Shown piece by piece: positions 13,125 to 25,706 of a stretch of 64,000 bases of DNA (positions are counted from its first letter, which is position 1; every line of letters starts with the position of its first letter). The notes under the pieces were generated by a model that was not told the DNA's origin, did no database searches, and saw only the letters and a program-made list of their open reading frames with translations. The DNA is from Cetorhinus maximus (Eukaryota): NCBI RefSeq assembly GCF_964194155.1, contig NC_135892.1, positions 84,940,001-85,004,000 of the forward strand. Reading direction: 5' to 3'. A program made the translations under genes and the position numbers.

Positions 13125-13630
13125 CAAGATCCTGCAGTCCAGGAGCCATGTCCTTCCCAAGCCAACTTGCCCATTATCGATGTGTTAATCACCCAAAACC
13201 AGCTCCACTGCCTTACCCCAGACTCCCAAAATCACTGCTTTACTTGAAACTTGTTTGCAGCAGGAGACTCCCAGGAGGACACTGGAAACGCTTTAGGAAT
13301 GTCCTCAAACATCCCTGAAGAGGTCAAACACCACCATCCTTCCACCACCCCCCCACCCGCTTACTCTTGGGAATCCCTGCCTTGTGACCAACCAAAATGG
13401 AGAAGGCTCATTCAGGAAGGCACTGAACACATTAAGAGACCTCATCAGGAACATGCAGAGGTGAGAGACATTGGAGAGAGTGCACAATTACCTCCAAACA
13501 ACTCATTTACCTGACACTCCAAGCACCACCTGCACCGTATGTGACAGAGTCTGCAGATCAAGCTTGAACCTATCAGCCATCTCTGAACCCATCAAACCAG
13601 AGTGGAATCGAGTTATCTTTGATCACAAAG
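13125..13630 (+). mobile_element. RTE (BovB-like) LINE 3' fragment
   Basis: Relic motifs RLPKSLLY, WESL..D..KWRRLIQEG and C-terminal zinc finger CTVCDRVCRS..LSHL..H. Confidence 0.8.
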
Positions 13631-13959
13631 AATTGATTTCCATACCGTTGGCTTCCAAATTCCTGATTTAAATTCGGTTTGTAACTTTCTCTCCTTGGGT
13701 AGAAATGTATAAAAGATTCTTGGACCCTAAATAAAATGAAGAAATAGAAATATGTAAATGTTAATAATTCAAAATGTCAAAATGACTACATATGCAAAAA
13801 TGCAGAGGAATTTCCCTCCCGCATTGAATTTTCATTTGGTAATTTATGCCATTATCATTTTAAACATCAGTCTTTAAAACATCAAAGATAGTTTCTCTGG
13901 CTTTTTTAAAAACGAAAGATGAATGCTGTTTATATATATATAACAATACATTGTTTCAG

Positions 13960-14100
13960 GCACTGGAGGGAGCTGTACAATCTGTAAAGCTCACTAGAAG
14001 ATTTTAGTGGCAGAAACACACACAGCAGAAAGCTTACAATAAGGAATTCAATAATTGTGTACTCTCTCACTGCCTCCTTTCAACTATGTTAGCTTTATAG
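13960..14100 (+). other. Candidate non-coding exon and/or recursive splice site
   Basis: Acceptor TTGTTTCAG|G at 13959/13960; strong donor TAG|GTAAGT at 14100/14101 preceded by its own pyrimidine tract; all three frames contain stops. Confidence 0.35.
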
Positions 14101-15582
14101 GTAAGTTTCAATCTTTTCCTGCTGTCCTCACTTTGGAGCAGATTTTTTGCGTTTCAACATGCTCCCTAGCCTAAAACCACTTGTTCTGGAATTTGAAGAA
14201 ACAAAGATTTATATAATTACATTTTTCAGAAACTTCTTGGAGCACTTCTCATTTAATGAATTACCTGGAAATTGGAGACAGTTTTGCATGCAAATGTGGT
14301 TGTCAGTTCACATACACAAAATCCCACTGACAGCAAAATGAAATGAATGATGAGTCACAGGGACTAGAGGGTAAAGAGAGTCCAACATGCTTCATTTCAT
14401 TTTCACATCTCTCAATCGGAGGATTAACACCTTTGTTATATTTTAATCTATGTGACAGCAAAATATAATGAATTGTTAACAATATACATGTCTGAAAATC
14501 CATTCAATTGGTTTTGTGGAAGGCATTAAAATACTTCAAATTTATTGGAAGTGAAATATAATAGCACAAAACTTAAAATATTAGAGCATTCATGGCATTG
14601 CGCAGGGTAACAAAAAGACCCTCATGTTTCCATTTATTGTTTTTGTGACCTTGACTTCGTTTTGCAGGTTAAGGTTTACCACCTTCTTGTTTGTAAGTTT
14701 AAAAACTTGACCTATATACATCTCCTGTGGAGAAGTGAACTTTTTTTTTGTTCCATATACTACATGCGCATAAATTTCAAGCATGTCCAGATCATCATTA
14801 TAAAGTCTTCCAGCTATGCTAGCCGTAAAGTGCAGTGCTGTCTGTTGCAGGGCTAGTTTTCAATCACAGGAGGAAATATATGGGTGACTGGCAACCTCTA
14901 GTGGCAGCAGACTGATATTGCTACTGCACAGTGCATTTGGATTGGACTTGAACATGGTTGAGTGATTTTTTGAAAAGTGCAATCATTCAAGCTTCTAATT
15001 AACCCATCATGACATTCTTTATCATTTCTGGTATGGCCTTATTTTCCCCCACAATTTTCACTGGTCAGGATGGCATCACAGAGGAGCCAATGTTCATGTG
15101 ACTCTACTTTAGTGATTAATCTATAGCATTCAGGAGGAGAGGTTTGTGCTGACTTTATTTTTCTTGTTCTGCAGCCTAAACTAGTTAACTTGCCGTACCT
15201 TTTGGCCCAACTGACCAGGTGACTCATGACGGATTGGGAATTGAGCTGCTCCATTTTGATTTTGTGTTGTGCCAGGTTTGCCTTTACCCGCTAGACTGTT
15301 GTGAACTTGGCTTGTTCTTACTTCAAAACTGACCATATTTTAGACTTTGTAGTAGGAAACTTTCAAGGACATGAAGGATGTTTCTTCTATCCTTTTTTTA
15401 ATGCTTCCGAATGAATTTTTAACTGAGTCATCAGTCAATCTTGCTGCCTAATAATTTGAGGTCAGAAAAGTACACTTTTCTTAATTTAATGCACCTTTTT
15501 TTCTGGTAATATTACTGACATTTGTATAACAAAACGAGCTCCTATCCTTCTTGAACATCATAACACTGAAGTACATGAAGAT

Positions 15583-15956
15583 GGGGAGACTGTAGCGTAA
15601 TGGTAATGTCACTGGATTAGCAATCCAGAGGCCCAGACTAACTGCTCTGGGGTTATGGGTTCAAACCTGGTGGAATTTAAATTCAATTAATAAATCTGGA
15701 ATTGAAAGCTAATCTCTGTAATGGTGACCATGAAATGATCATTGATGGTTGTTAAAAAAAAAGACCCATCTGGTTCACTACGTCCTTTAGGGAAGGAAAT
15801 CTGCCATCCTTTCCTGACCTGGCCTACATGTGACTCCAGACCCACAGCAATGAGGTTGATGCTGAAATGGCCTAGTCAATCAGTTCAAGGGGATAGGGAA
15901 TAAATGGTGGCCTTCGCAGTGATGCCCACATCCCATGAAAGAATAAAGAAAATAAA
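15583..15956 (+). mobile_element. HE1 SINE
   Basis: GGGGAG..TAGCGTAATGGTAATGTCACTGGA tRNA head, CCCATCTGGTTCACTA..GTCCTTTAGGGAAGGAAATCTG core, HER1-type tail GATGCCCACATCCCATGAA. Confidence 0.9.
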
Positions 15957-17805
15957 TGTGGCAGAGACTGCCGTGCCAGAGTGGGATGGAACGCTGATGG
16001 CTGCTGACCAGGTGATGCTTAACACAGAGTTGACTACCACAGTGCAAACCATAGTGCTTTGAGATGGAAGGTGCCACATTAATCTGTTTAAATGATAGTG
16101 CCATAGAATATTTTAATGCACCTGAATCTATAGACGGGAGCTTGGTTTGATGTCAAATGAGTTCAAGAATGTTAAAATATTGTAGCTATGAGGGACAGAT
16201 GAATAAATAAAATTAATTGCAGTGTAAGAAAATACTGTAACTCCACTGTGGATGGTGGAGCATAAAAAATATAAGTAACCAAATAAGTGTTCCAAGAATT
16301 GATGATTGGCTGTATCTCTAAGTCCCAGGATTTCTCCCCTGGGAAGGACTGCTGTTGATGCTGAATGGCTTCCTGGGAGCAGGGGGGGGGGGTTCAAAAA
16401 TTTACCTGCCAATGACAGAGCCCCTCACCACAGCGAGGGGACCAGAGCACCCGGCATAGAAAAGCTGCTGCAAAATCTGGTGGATGTGGCTGGGCTGTGG
16501 TGACGTTGACCCACCATCCTCCCCCTACCCCTCCTTCTCACTTCTGGGAAACACAGCTAGACTGACCCTAGCTTTTGTACGGGGCCATTCACAAAAAAGT
16601 AATTATTTTGATCCTCTTCGGCAGTTGGCTTTAATCTTGCCCTTGGCATGCTTGTTAGACAAAGCGTTTCCCTGTTGGCCATATGCCAAGCATAAGTTAA
16701 CCCTGCCCCTTCCTATGCATGTGGCCTTTTAAAGGATAAATGGAGTGCCTACCTCAGTGAAGCCTGGAAAGTTCATCTGGAAAATTTAGCGAAAGGCCAG
16801 ACCCGGATAACCAGGCCCTGGCCGAGTGTCTTGTTCTTCTGGTGGACTCTCACCAAAGTTTTTGTGGATTGCATCTGATAGGCCACAGATTTCAAGGCAA
16901 ATGAGTTTTAGGCAGTGAAGAACAAACAGAGGAAAGAGGGAGGTTTTGGTTAATGTGTCAGGTTGATGCATCACTGGTGTTAAAGGGGTTTTAAGGCTCC
17001 TGACCCATTTTGAAACTATTAGCACGAGACAAGAACACTTAAAACCCACCCAGGGTTTGAAGCGGTAGATGCCAGTGTTGCAACACATTTGCGACAAGGA
17101 AGGCTAGTTCTCCGCATGCTCAAAGAAGAGACATGCAACAGTATGTCCAAGATGCCTACTTGACTAATCCACATACCCACATAAAGTGGCCCAAGCACAG
17201 TCAACACTGCTGTATATTGCACTGAGTAAGGCTAATACAGGCAGCCATATTTGCGTCTCACCAACAGAGAGGGCAATACAACAGAATACTCGGATCTTGC
17301 AAAATACAATACTGCCTCCCCAGTTGAAAAAATGTATACATTAAAATGTAAAATGGTGCATGCACATAATTTTCCCAGAACACAATATGACCAAACTAAT
17401 ATCAACAATACTGAAAATGTAATAGTTTGTAATCACAACCAAAACATATAAGACTGATACTTCCAGAGTAATCTACATGTAAAAAAACTGTTTTTCCTTA
17501 ATACCAGTGTCAACATTCAACAAGAAGTAATGAAAAGAAAAACTTATTTTTTTTCCTTCCTACATACTTTCAATTAATCTCTCTGGCTTTTTTCTCTTTC
17601 TGTCTGGGTCTCTCCTTCCATTTCCATTAACTTGACTCTGGTCTCTCAACATTTCTGACTGTGTCAACCCTGAACTTTGACTTTGACTCCCAACTCCACT
17701 TAATGGTTGGGACTGTGACATCGATTGATTGGTCTTCATCAAAGACCCTGGGCTTTATTTTCACTCCCGAGTCCACAAACCCAACTTGAGAGGAGATGCC
17801 CTGAA

Positions 17806-18455
17806 GGGTTGGATTTTTGTTCTGAGAAGCGTGGGGTGGGTGGTCGAGGGCAGGTGCTAGCTGAAGTCGGGCCTGCCACCACCCCGGGAAGAGTTCAGAG
17901 ACAGCCACAAGGGCAGCCAGATGCCAAGGCTAAAAGACCCGCCTTAGTGCTATTCAACTTTGTCCTAGTTGTAAAAACAACAGTAAAACCAAAAACAGCC
18001 TTCTAGCCCTTACCCCTCACACCCCCTCGCCCCTCACACCCCCTTGCCCCTCACACCCCCTCACCCCAACACACTCCCCATGCCCCATCCATGCCAACTC
18101 ATGCTACCTCATGCCTCCCACCCACACCCAGCTCCTCATGCCCTCTCTGCCAACCTGTGCCCCTCTCCCCATCCCTTGGGCCTCTCCTATCCTCCATGCT
18201 GACTTAGTGTCAACCCATGCCTACCCATGAACCTCCATTCATCCTCATAGCCCTTTACAGCCCCTATGCCAACTTAGTGTCAACGCATGCCACTCCACTT
18301 ACCATCCTTTGTCCTTACACCCTCCATGCAAACTCACCCAGTATCCACCATGGGCAGACCCCAGGAGTCATGGTGAGATGAAGAAAAATAAAGTTTTGAG
18401 TAATTATCATGGATTTAAAGAAACCCTCTTGTTGATAAAACTTCATTCAATACAT
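17806..18455. mobile_element. Harbinger MITE fragment nested in the Gypsy element
   Basis: Starts with TIR GGGTTGGATTTT; C-rich (CCCCTCAC/ATGCC) low-complexity interior. Confidence 0.55.
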
Positions 18456-18699
18456 TTAAGTCTCTTGATCTTCCTGCTTGATAGCATCAACTTCTGTTTC
18501 CATATCTATCATATGCGCATTCGAGGATTTCCGGACTCCTGAACTAGCTTTAGATCTACCACAACCTTGACCTGGTGCATTTTTGAGACCTAGTGTTTTA
18601 CCATGACCTGGAGTATTACTGTTTCCTCTACTCCTGCATACCATGAGGATGTGATTGACTTTCCAACAGGCATAGCATTTTGACTAGAAACAGCTGCAT

Positions 18700-19230
18700 T
18701 GCAATTTGCAACTATCTATTTCTGCCATTCTCATGGTCGTGGCCTCATCTCAGGCCCTGCTTCCACATCAGCTTATTGCTTTCGCTCAAAAGCTTGGCCT
18801 GGATTTTATTGGTCTTAATCCTCCTACAAATGTGCCGCCAGGATTGATTTCTAAATTTGCACCATATCCACAGTGGGAAGAGAGTTTCTCTAATTCGTGA
18901 ATGTAATCTGTAACAGTCTCACTTGGCAACTGCCTCCTTTGACAGAATGCAACTCTTAGTGCAATCCCTATCTTAGTCGTGCTATAATATGAGTCCAGAA
19001 TTTCATTAAGTTGAGCATATTCCATCGAACTGGCGTCTCTCAGGCAACACTGGTTAAACACCACATTAAGAGCATCTGGCCCCATCATGATAAGGAAGAA
19101 CATTTACTTCATCCTCATCTCCTATTTTATTCATTGGCAGCTAAATGTGAAACCTTAGTTTGTAATTACACCAGTCCTCTTTGCTAGGGTTGAATCTCCC
19201 CATTGTTCCCAAATATGTCTTCGGTGCCAT
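18700..19230 (-). pseudogene. Gypsy gag (K02A2.6/Mag-like), disrupted
   Basis: ORFs 19141-19341 and 18786-19103 give consecutive gag motifs with stops and frameshifts. Confidence 0.8.
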
Positions 19231-19831
19231 TTTTCTCAGTTTCATACCGTGCTGACTCACTGTGTACGAGAATACGTTATACACACGGAGCAATCTTTCA
19301 GATTCCTCAAACCTCCTCAAAATCAACTTTAGGAGTTCCAAAAATTTGTCTCAATGTTCTTCCGTCCTTAATTTCTCAAATAAAATGTAAAAGGAAATTT
19401 CATCCCAGCCTCGTTGCCAACTTTCTGTTGTGTATTGCACTGAGCAAGGCTAACACTTGCTCAGCTGCAGGCAGCCATTATTGAACTAACTTTATTTACA
19501 CCTCCCAAACAGAGAGTGCAATATAACAAAATGCTCAGATCTTGCAATATACTGCAAATAGCATCACCAATGCCTCAAATAACATGGTTTCCCATCTTTT
19601 GCTGCTACCATATTCTGCACTATCAGAAATATTTCTCCAGACAAAGTTGAAATGAAGTGCAGTTTATTTCCCCATTTGTGGTATGAATATTGGAATTCAG
19701 CATTTCTTGTCTTAGGACTTCCTTAGTGATGGTGGATGGTTTGCGTCTTTTCTAATGTTTCTCAGGGGAAGGAATAAGTTTGGTACCTCTGATGCTGCTT
19801 TATAAGATGGCTCGACAACTGGTTTTACCAT

Positions 19832-22328
19832 AGCTGGGATTTTCCGCTCCCATTTGCGGCGGGCGTCAGAGCGGGTGGGAGCGGAAAATATCAGGAGATC
19901 GCAAAAATCGGTTTCATGTCGTTGTGAAACCAGTTTGTGATCGTCCGCTTCCCCCATAAATGGCGGGCCACATTTCCCACTGTCGCATGTCGGAAAGTTA
20001 ATTTCAACACATTTGAATCTCATTATAAGCCCTGCTCGCCAGAACCATCCCCCACCACGCTGGATCATGAGCTCATGTTGGCATGATTGCACACCAGTGT
20101 GTTTCACATAAGCAACGTGCACCCACCGACCTGCACTTTACTCGGGACTTCAAGGTTTGTTTGCCTACCTTGCTTCGGGCAGCACTCGCGGTCATCAGCG
20201 CCAGGCTTCGCAGGCAGCACCACCTTGCTTTTCGGGGGTTTCACGGGCAAGTCTACCTACCAGGCCAGCGGTAAGGTGGGGGTGGCTTTTCAATGGCTGC
20301 AGGGCTAGGGCCGTACTGGGGAAGGGGGCTATCCCAGGGTGAGTGTGGGGGCACATGCTGATCTGTGTAAGTGGCCTCAAGATGGTGAGGGCTGAGGAGG
20401 CAGTCTCCAGAGGAGATCAGGCCAGATGGAGATGTGAGGGTGTGTGAGAGAGTTTGTGGTGATGTCCCTTGAGCTGGCAGTGAGTGAGATGCCAGTGAAT
20501 GTGTGATGGGCTTGTGAGTTTTTTTTATTCATTGACAGGATGTGGGCTTCGCTGGCTAAGCCAGCATTCATTGCCCATCCCTAATTGCCCTTGAAAATGT
20601 GGTGGTGAGCTGCCTTCTTGAACTGCTGCAGTCCATGTTGTGTAGGTACATCCACAGTGCTGTTAGTGAGGGAGTTCCAGGTTTTGACACAGTGACAGTG
20701 AAGGAATGGCGATATATTTCCAAGTCAGGATGGTGAGCACTTTCAAGGGGAACTTCCAAGTGGTGGTGTTCCCATGTGTCTGCTGCCCTTGTCATTCTAG
20801 ATGGTTGCCGTTGTGGGTTTGGAAGGTGCTGTTGAAGGAGCCCTGGTGAGTTCCTGCAGTGCATCTTGTATATGGTACACACTGCTGCTACCGTTTGTTG
20901 GTGGTGGAGGGAGTGAATGTTTGTGGATGGGGTGCCAATCAAGTGGGCTGCTTTATCTTGGAGTGTTTTGGAGCTGCACTCATCCAGGCAAGTGGAGAGT
21001 TTTCCATCACTCCTAACTTGTGCCTTGTAGATAGTGGACAGCCTTTGGGGAGTCAGGAGGTGAGGTACTCATCACAGGATTCCTAGCCTCTGACCTGTTC
21101 TTGTAACCACAGTATTTATATTGCTAGTCCAGTTCAATTTCTGGTCAATGGTAACCCCCAAGATGTTGATAGTGGGGGATTCAATGATAATAATGCCGTT
21201 GAATATCAAGGGGTGATGGTTAGATTCTCTTTTGTTGGAGATGGTCATTGCCTGACACTTTTGAGGGCAAATGTTACTTGCCACTTGTCAGCCCAAGCCT
21301 GGATATTGTCCGGGTCTTGCTGTATTTGGGCATGGACTGCTTCAGCACCTGAGGAGTCATCAGCGAATATCCCCACTTCTGACCTTATGATGGAAAGAAG
21401 GTCATTGATGAAGCAGCTGAAGATGGTTAGGCCCAGGACACTACCCTGAGGAACTCCTGCAGTAATGTCATGAGACTGAGATGATTGACCTCCAACAGTC
21501 ACAACTATCTTCCTTTGTGCTAGGTATGACTCCAACCAGTGGAGATTTTTCCCTCTGATTCCCATTGACTCCTGTTTTGCTAGGGCTCCTTGATGCTACA
21601 CTTGGTCAAATGCTGCCTTGATGTCAAGGGCAGTCACTCTCACCTCACCTCTGGAATCCAGCCTTTTGTTCATGTTTGCACCAAGGCTGTAATAATGTAA
21701 GGAGTTGAGTGGCCCTGGCTGAACCCAAACTGAACATCAATGAGCAGGCTATTGCTAAGCAAGTGTCGTTTGATAGCACTGTTGATGGCCCCTTCCATCA
21801 CTTCACTGACTGTGTGAGTTTAGACTGATGAGCTGGTTGACTTACCCTGACGGCACATATGAGATCATTCATCCTCTTTCTGCACTGGATGCCCAACCTC
21901 TTCTGTGCGACATTGGCACTGACCACTACTGCTACCGCCTCCCAGGCCAGAATGGTAAGATTGCTGGACCTCCTGCGGCCAGAGTGGGGGGCGGAGGGCA
22001 TCACAGCAGGCCTCTGAAAGACATTCCAAGGACAAGTCACTGAACTCTTCTTGGCTTTTGGGACCATGTCTTCACTGGAGCAGTCCTGGGTTGCAAGCAT
22101 TGAGAACTGGGCGCGTGGCTGCGGTTTAGATATGGCGTCCAGAGTGAGGTAATGGCATGGAGGGTGATTCAGAGGCCGTCTGGCAATGACACAGTGTATT
22201 TCCTGTGGCTGCATAATTACTGAGATGGGAAGCAGGTGACACAGCACCAAAACCCACCCTCACGGCTGGCAGGACAAACGTTTTTTTTCACGCCCAGCAC
22301 TGAGTGAAATTCAGGGAAAATTGCGCTT
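19832..22328 (-). mobile_element. Internally deleted Harbinger element (inverted relative to the 27230 copy), interrupted by a HER1 LINE
   Basis: Degenerate TIRs AGCTGGGATTTTCC / GGAAAATTGCGCTT; CAT TSD on both sides; left end matches the transposase-side terminus of the other copies; 21846-22070 encodes Myb exon 1 (AWEAVAVVVSANVAQKRLGIQCRKRMNDL). Confidence 0.85.
20522..21812 (-). mobile_element. HER1 (CR1-clade) LINE, 5'-truncated
   Basis: RT relics GVPQGSVLG, FADD, WADKWQVTF; 3' tail shared with HE1 plus poly(A); candidate TSD TGTGAGTTT (20513-20521 / 21813-21821). Confidence 0.9.
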
Positions 22329-22930
22329 CATGCCTGCTGCTGTGGTAGCTGACTAGACCTCTTTTTCTAGTGTGTTGATTATCTTTTAGTGGTGGAGCAG
22401 CTAGGCATCTCTTCTTGAGACAGCAACCTAATCTCTGTGTAACCCAGCCATGCCCTTGTGCATTTCCAGTGACCTGCATGGAAACAGATCGATGGGCAGC
22501 AATGAGTCAGTCTGAAATAACTGAAGCATTTTTTAGTCATGGGATAAATTCTCCATTTGTATATGTAGTGAGATGTGGTGAATTTTTGTCTGCATGCATG
22601 CCACCAGTTACTGCTGAGCTCATTGAGAACCATCACAGAGCTATTTAAAACTGTTTGTTCCTCAATGTGCAGTTAGCTGGCTGGAGTTCATATCAAGGTT
22701 GGGAACAAAATGATGCTCTCTCCGTTTCCTGACCTTCTCCTCGCTGACCTTTCTAACTCTGGATTGCTGCTCACTTGAAAAAAAACATGTTGCAAAGGCT
22801 AAATATTTATTGTGAAAATAAACTAAGCCTTGTGACGCACAGAGCTATCTATTAGCATTTCGAGAAATTAATTCAGGATCTGAGGAAACAAAGTGATGCA
22901 GAGTGGTTTAACATCAGTAAGGAACTGGTG

Positions 22931-23279
22931 TGGCAGAAAATTGAGGGCTGTTCAAGTGCAAGTGGCACAAATCGCAGGCATTTTACCAATACTTTTAATA
23001 ATACCTTTTGCCTGCTTTGGTCCTGAACCATAAAGACCAAGAAGGCCCCAGGTTCAGGCTGTGGTCAATGCTGCGATAGGTAAGTACTTTGCTTGTAGTC
23101 TTGAGTTGGCTTCCACTCTCACGAGCACTTTCCTTTTGATCATCTTTGTAGTTTTGCAGTGCCAACTTCTGCCCCTCAGCCTGCTGGCAGGAAGGACGTT
23201 TGCAGATGGTCTGTCTGTAACAAGTGGCTGTACAGCCAGCAAATGCTGTGCTCACCAGCATTGTTTAAAATTCTAGCCC
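22931..23279. mobile_element. Old Harbinger-type MITE
   Basis: TGGCAGAAAATT ... AAAATTCTAGCCC termini; no matching TSD. Confidence 0.4.
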
Positions 23280-23491
23280 GATTTGAAGTGGTGGTGAGCA
23301 GAGCCTGTAGTGAGTTTATAAGCTGAGCTGTTACAGTGATCAAATCGAAACACCCTTCACTCCAGGTGGGCTGAATAATGATAAGGCTGTAGAATGTTCA
23401 TTGGTTGTTCTAAATAAGTAAAAGCAGTGCACCTGATTAACTGTTCTGACACATTCCACAGCCTAAAGGTTAAGCAATGCCAATTTTCAAA

Positions 23492-23634
23492 CTCTTTCGA
23501 GTTATCAACAGTCACAGATTGCAACTCTTTCGAGTACAATCACAGTTCTTGGTTTTCCGGGAGTGGGACATGAACCCACAACCCTCTGATTCAAAGGCAA
23601 GGGTGCTATGAACTGAGCCACAGCTGACACCTCT
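23492..23634 (-). mobile_element. Short tRNA-derived SINE, copy A, with 15-bp TSD
   Basis: A-box TGGCTCAGTTCA and B-box GGTTCATGTCC on the minus strand; ATGCCAATTTTCAAA at 23477-23491 and 23635-23649. Confidence 0.9.
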
Positions 23635-25290
23635 ATGCCAATTTTCAAAGTGCACTGAAGTTACACACATAACAAATTGCATTTGCTAAATCAATGGATC
23701 CCTGAATATAGTGAACCACCATTTTTGGTTCAGCAAACATAGCTGAGAAAACACTGCTTCATCTCACTCCGATGTCTTTAACGGAAGAAAAAAGAATTCA
23801 GTTACTTACGCTGCAGCAATTTTTTTATAGTTATGAAGGAGTAGGGAAGGAGTGAGGCTGACAATTCCAAATTATCTCACTAGAACACCCTTCTTCCACT
23901 TCTGTATCGCAGCAGCTCCATCAACCCCACACCCACCCCTCCATGCAGCAGCATATCCCCTAACATCATTAACAATGCCACAGGAGATCTGCTAAAAGAT
24001 GTATAAAATGGTACATTCAGCGTTTGTTATATCCATCACATCTGACATGTGTGTGAAAGTTTATTTTGCGCTGCAGTCAAAAGTATACAAAACTAATCAT
24101 TTACCATGTACAAAGAAGAAGAAAGCACTGGTATTGACACAGGAATCAGAGGAGACCCAATAGCACTTGTTGTGGTCCAGCCAGATTTGACGATAGATGA
24201 CTACACTTGATACGCATCACTTGCACAAAATTGGCTAAAGTTTCATGTTCATAAAGCAGCAATAACTCAAATCCGAAGTGGTAGGGGAACTTGTAAATTA
24301 AAAATAAGGAAAACTTGAGCTCAAAGTTGTCAATGAGTAAGTAGCAGAAAACTAAACGATTGCTCAATCCTTTTGAGGTTTCTAACCCCAAACTGCTGGG
24401 TCATTAGAAACAAAAAATCTGCCCCACAAGCCATGGTTTGAGCTGAAGTCTTGTATTCTGAAGTATGTTTGGTGTCTTATGCAAAGAGGTGTTTTCTGCA
24501 AGGTAACTTGCAGACACTTTGTTGGGATAAAGATGCTGTAGGCAGTTTTGGTTGTGAATAGAGAAATGCAATTTCTTCTGATGGGAAGTCAGGGCAGATG
24601 ATTTATCAATTTAAAATTCACAGTAAGTACAAGGATTAGAAACAATTTCATTAGAGGGTTGGAGTATGGAATCCTTTGCCAAAGTGAATGATTGATGCAG
24701 AGACCATTGCACCTTTTAAAGGGAAATTGGATAAATATTCAAAGAAGATGATGATATGAGGGTTATTGTGGGGGGGGGGGGGGAGATCATGGGCTATGCA
24801 ACACGGGCAGGTAAATGGAGTGAAGGTTAATTGGCCAGTCAGCGTGAAATCGTGGTCCGGAGCCAATCGCAGTCGGTGGTCCATTTCATGGCCACTCTCA
24901 CACCCGCCAAAGATAAGATTCAGGCCTATAAAATATTATTTATTACATGGTATAATGCTCCTGTTTAATGTAGCACATTTGGCAACATTCTCTTACAATG
25001 CCTGGAAAGATTTGCTAGTCCTAATTTTAGATGGGAAAAAAGGAGTACATTCACTTGGCTTAATTATTCCTGACTATTTTCATGATTCATTGGAATTGGA
25101 AATTTGAAGCAGCAACGAGAGATCAGGTCGTCTTTTTTGGTGGGGGGGGGCGGGATGGATGGAGAGGAGCAGCAAAGTCACTCTTTACGTAGAAAAGGTA
25201 GTGACAATGCACTAATCAGTACCTCACACTCAAAATTTAAACAAAGCCATAATTGGCTGAATGGAAGAAGCATTATTTTTATAATGCAAA

Positions 25291-25628
25291 TGGTAACCTC
25301 TCCAAGGCCAGAAATCTATTGACTGGAAAAAACCAGTGGCGCGGAATTATTTTGTTCAGACCACCAGCAATTTGCGGCATCGTTTTAGTAGAGTACGTTG
25401 GGAGCAGAAACATGGACGATACAGTATTTGAATAAGTAAAACAATGTTTATGACTGCTTTATGATGTTTTATCACTGATTTATGTTTTAGGTAAATATTT
25501 ATACCTACGGTGTTTTTCCAGCTCTCATACTTGTGGTTAGGCAATTCTAATGTCATTCTGTAATCCAGAAAATTCCAAAATCCGGAGATAACTTTGGTCC
25601 TAAGCATTCCAGACTGGAGAGGTTACAG
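25291..25628. mobile_element. Tigger/pogo-like MITE
   Basis: Perfect 12-bp inverted repeat GTAACCTCTCCA (25293-25304) / TGGAGAGGTTAC (25615-25626); internal AATCCGGA-type motifs. Confidence 0.6.
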
Positions 25629-25688
25629 TGGATAAACACAGTCTATAGGAGGTTCCCAACTGTCAGAAAATGTCAAGCTTTGTATTTC

Positions 25689-25706
25689 ATCCACTAGATG
25701 GCAGTT
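25689..25706 (+). promoter_or_regulatory. CTCF-binding motif
   Basis: CCACTAGATGGCAG at 25691-25704 matches the CTCF core CCASYAGRKGGCRS in unique sequence. Confidence 0.5.

Larger units (their letters stand above)
17208..19556 (-). mobile_element. Gypsy LTR retrotransposon, internally deleted, short LTRs
   Basis: Similar LTRs at 17208-17311 and 19427-19556; PPT (revcomp of CTGCCTCCCC, 17312-17321); PBS TGGCAACGAGG (19409-19419); gag relic LGTMGRFNPSKEDW...RRQLPSETVTDYIHELEKLSSHCGYG. Confidence 0.85.

Noticed and set aside
14347-14400. C/D-box snoRNA (ATGATGA C box inside a terminal stem)
   Set aside because: There is no CTGA D box before the closing stem.
14890-14910. Second CTCF site (CCACTAGAGGTTGC on the minus strand)
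   Set aside because: Mismatches in the GGC core make it too weak to call.
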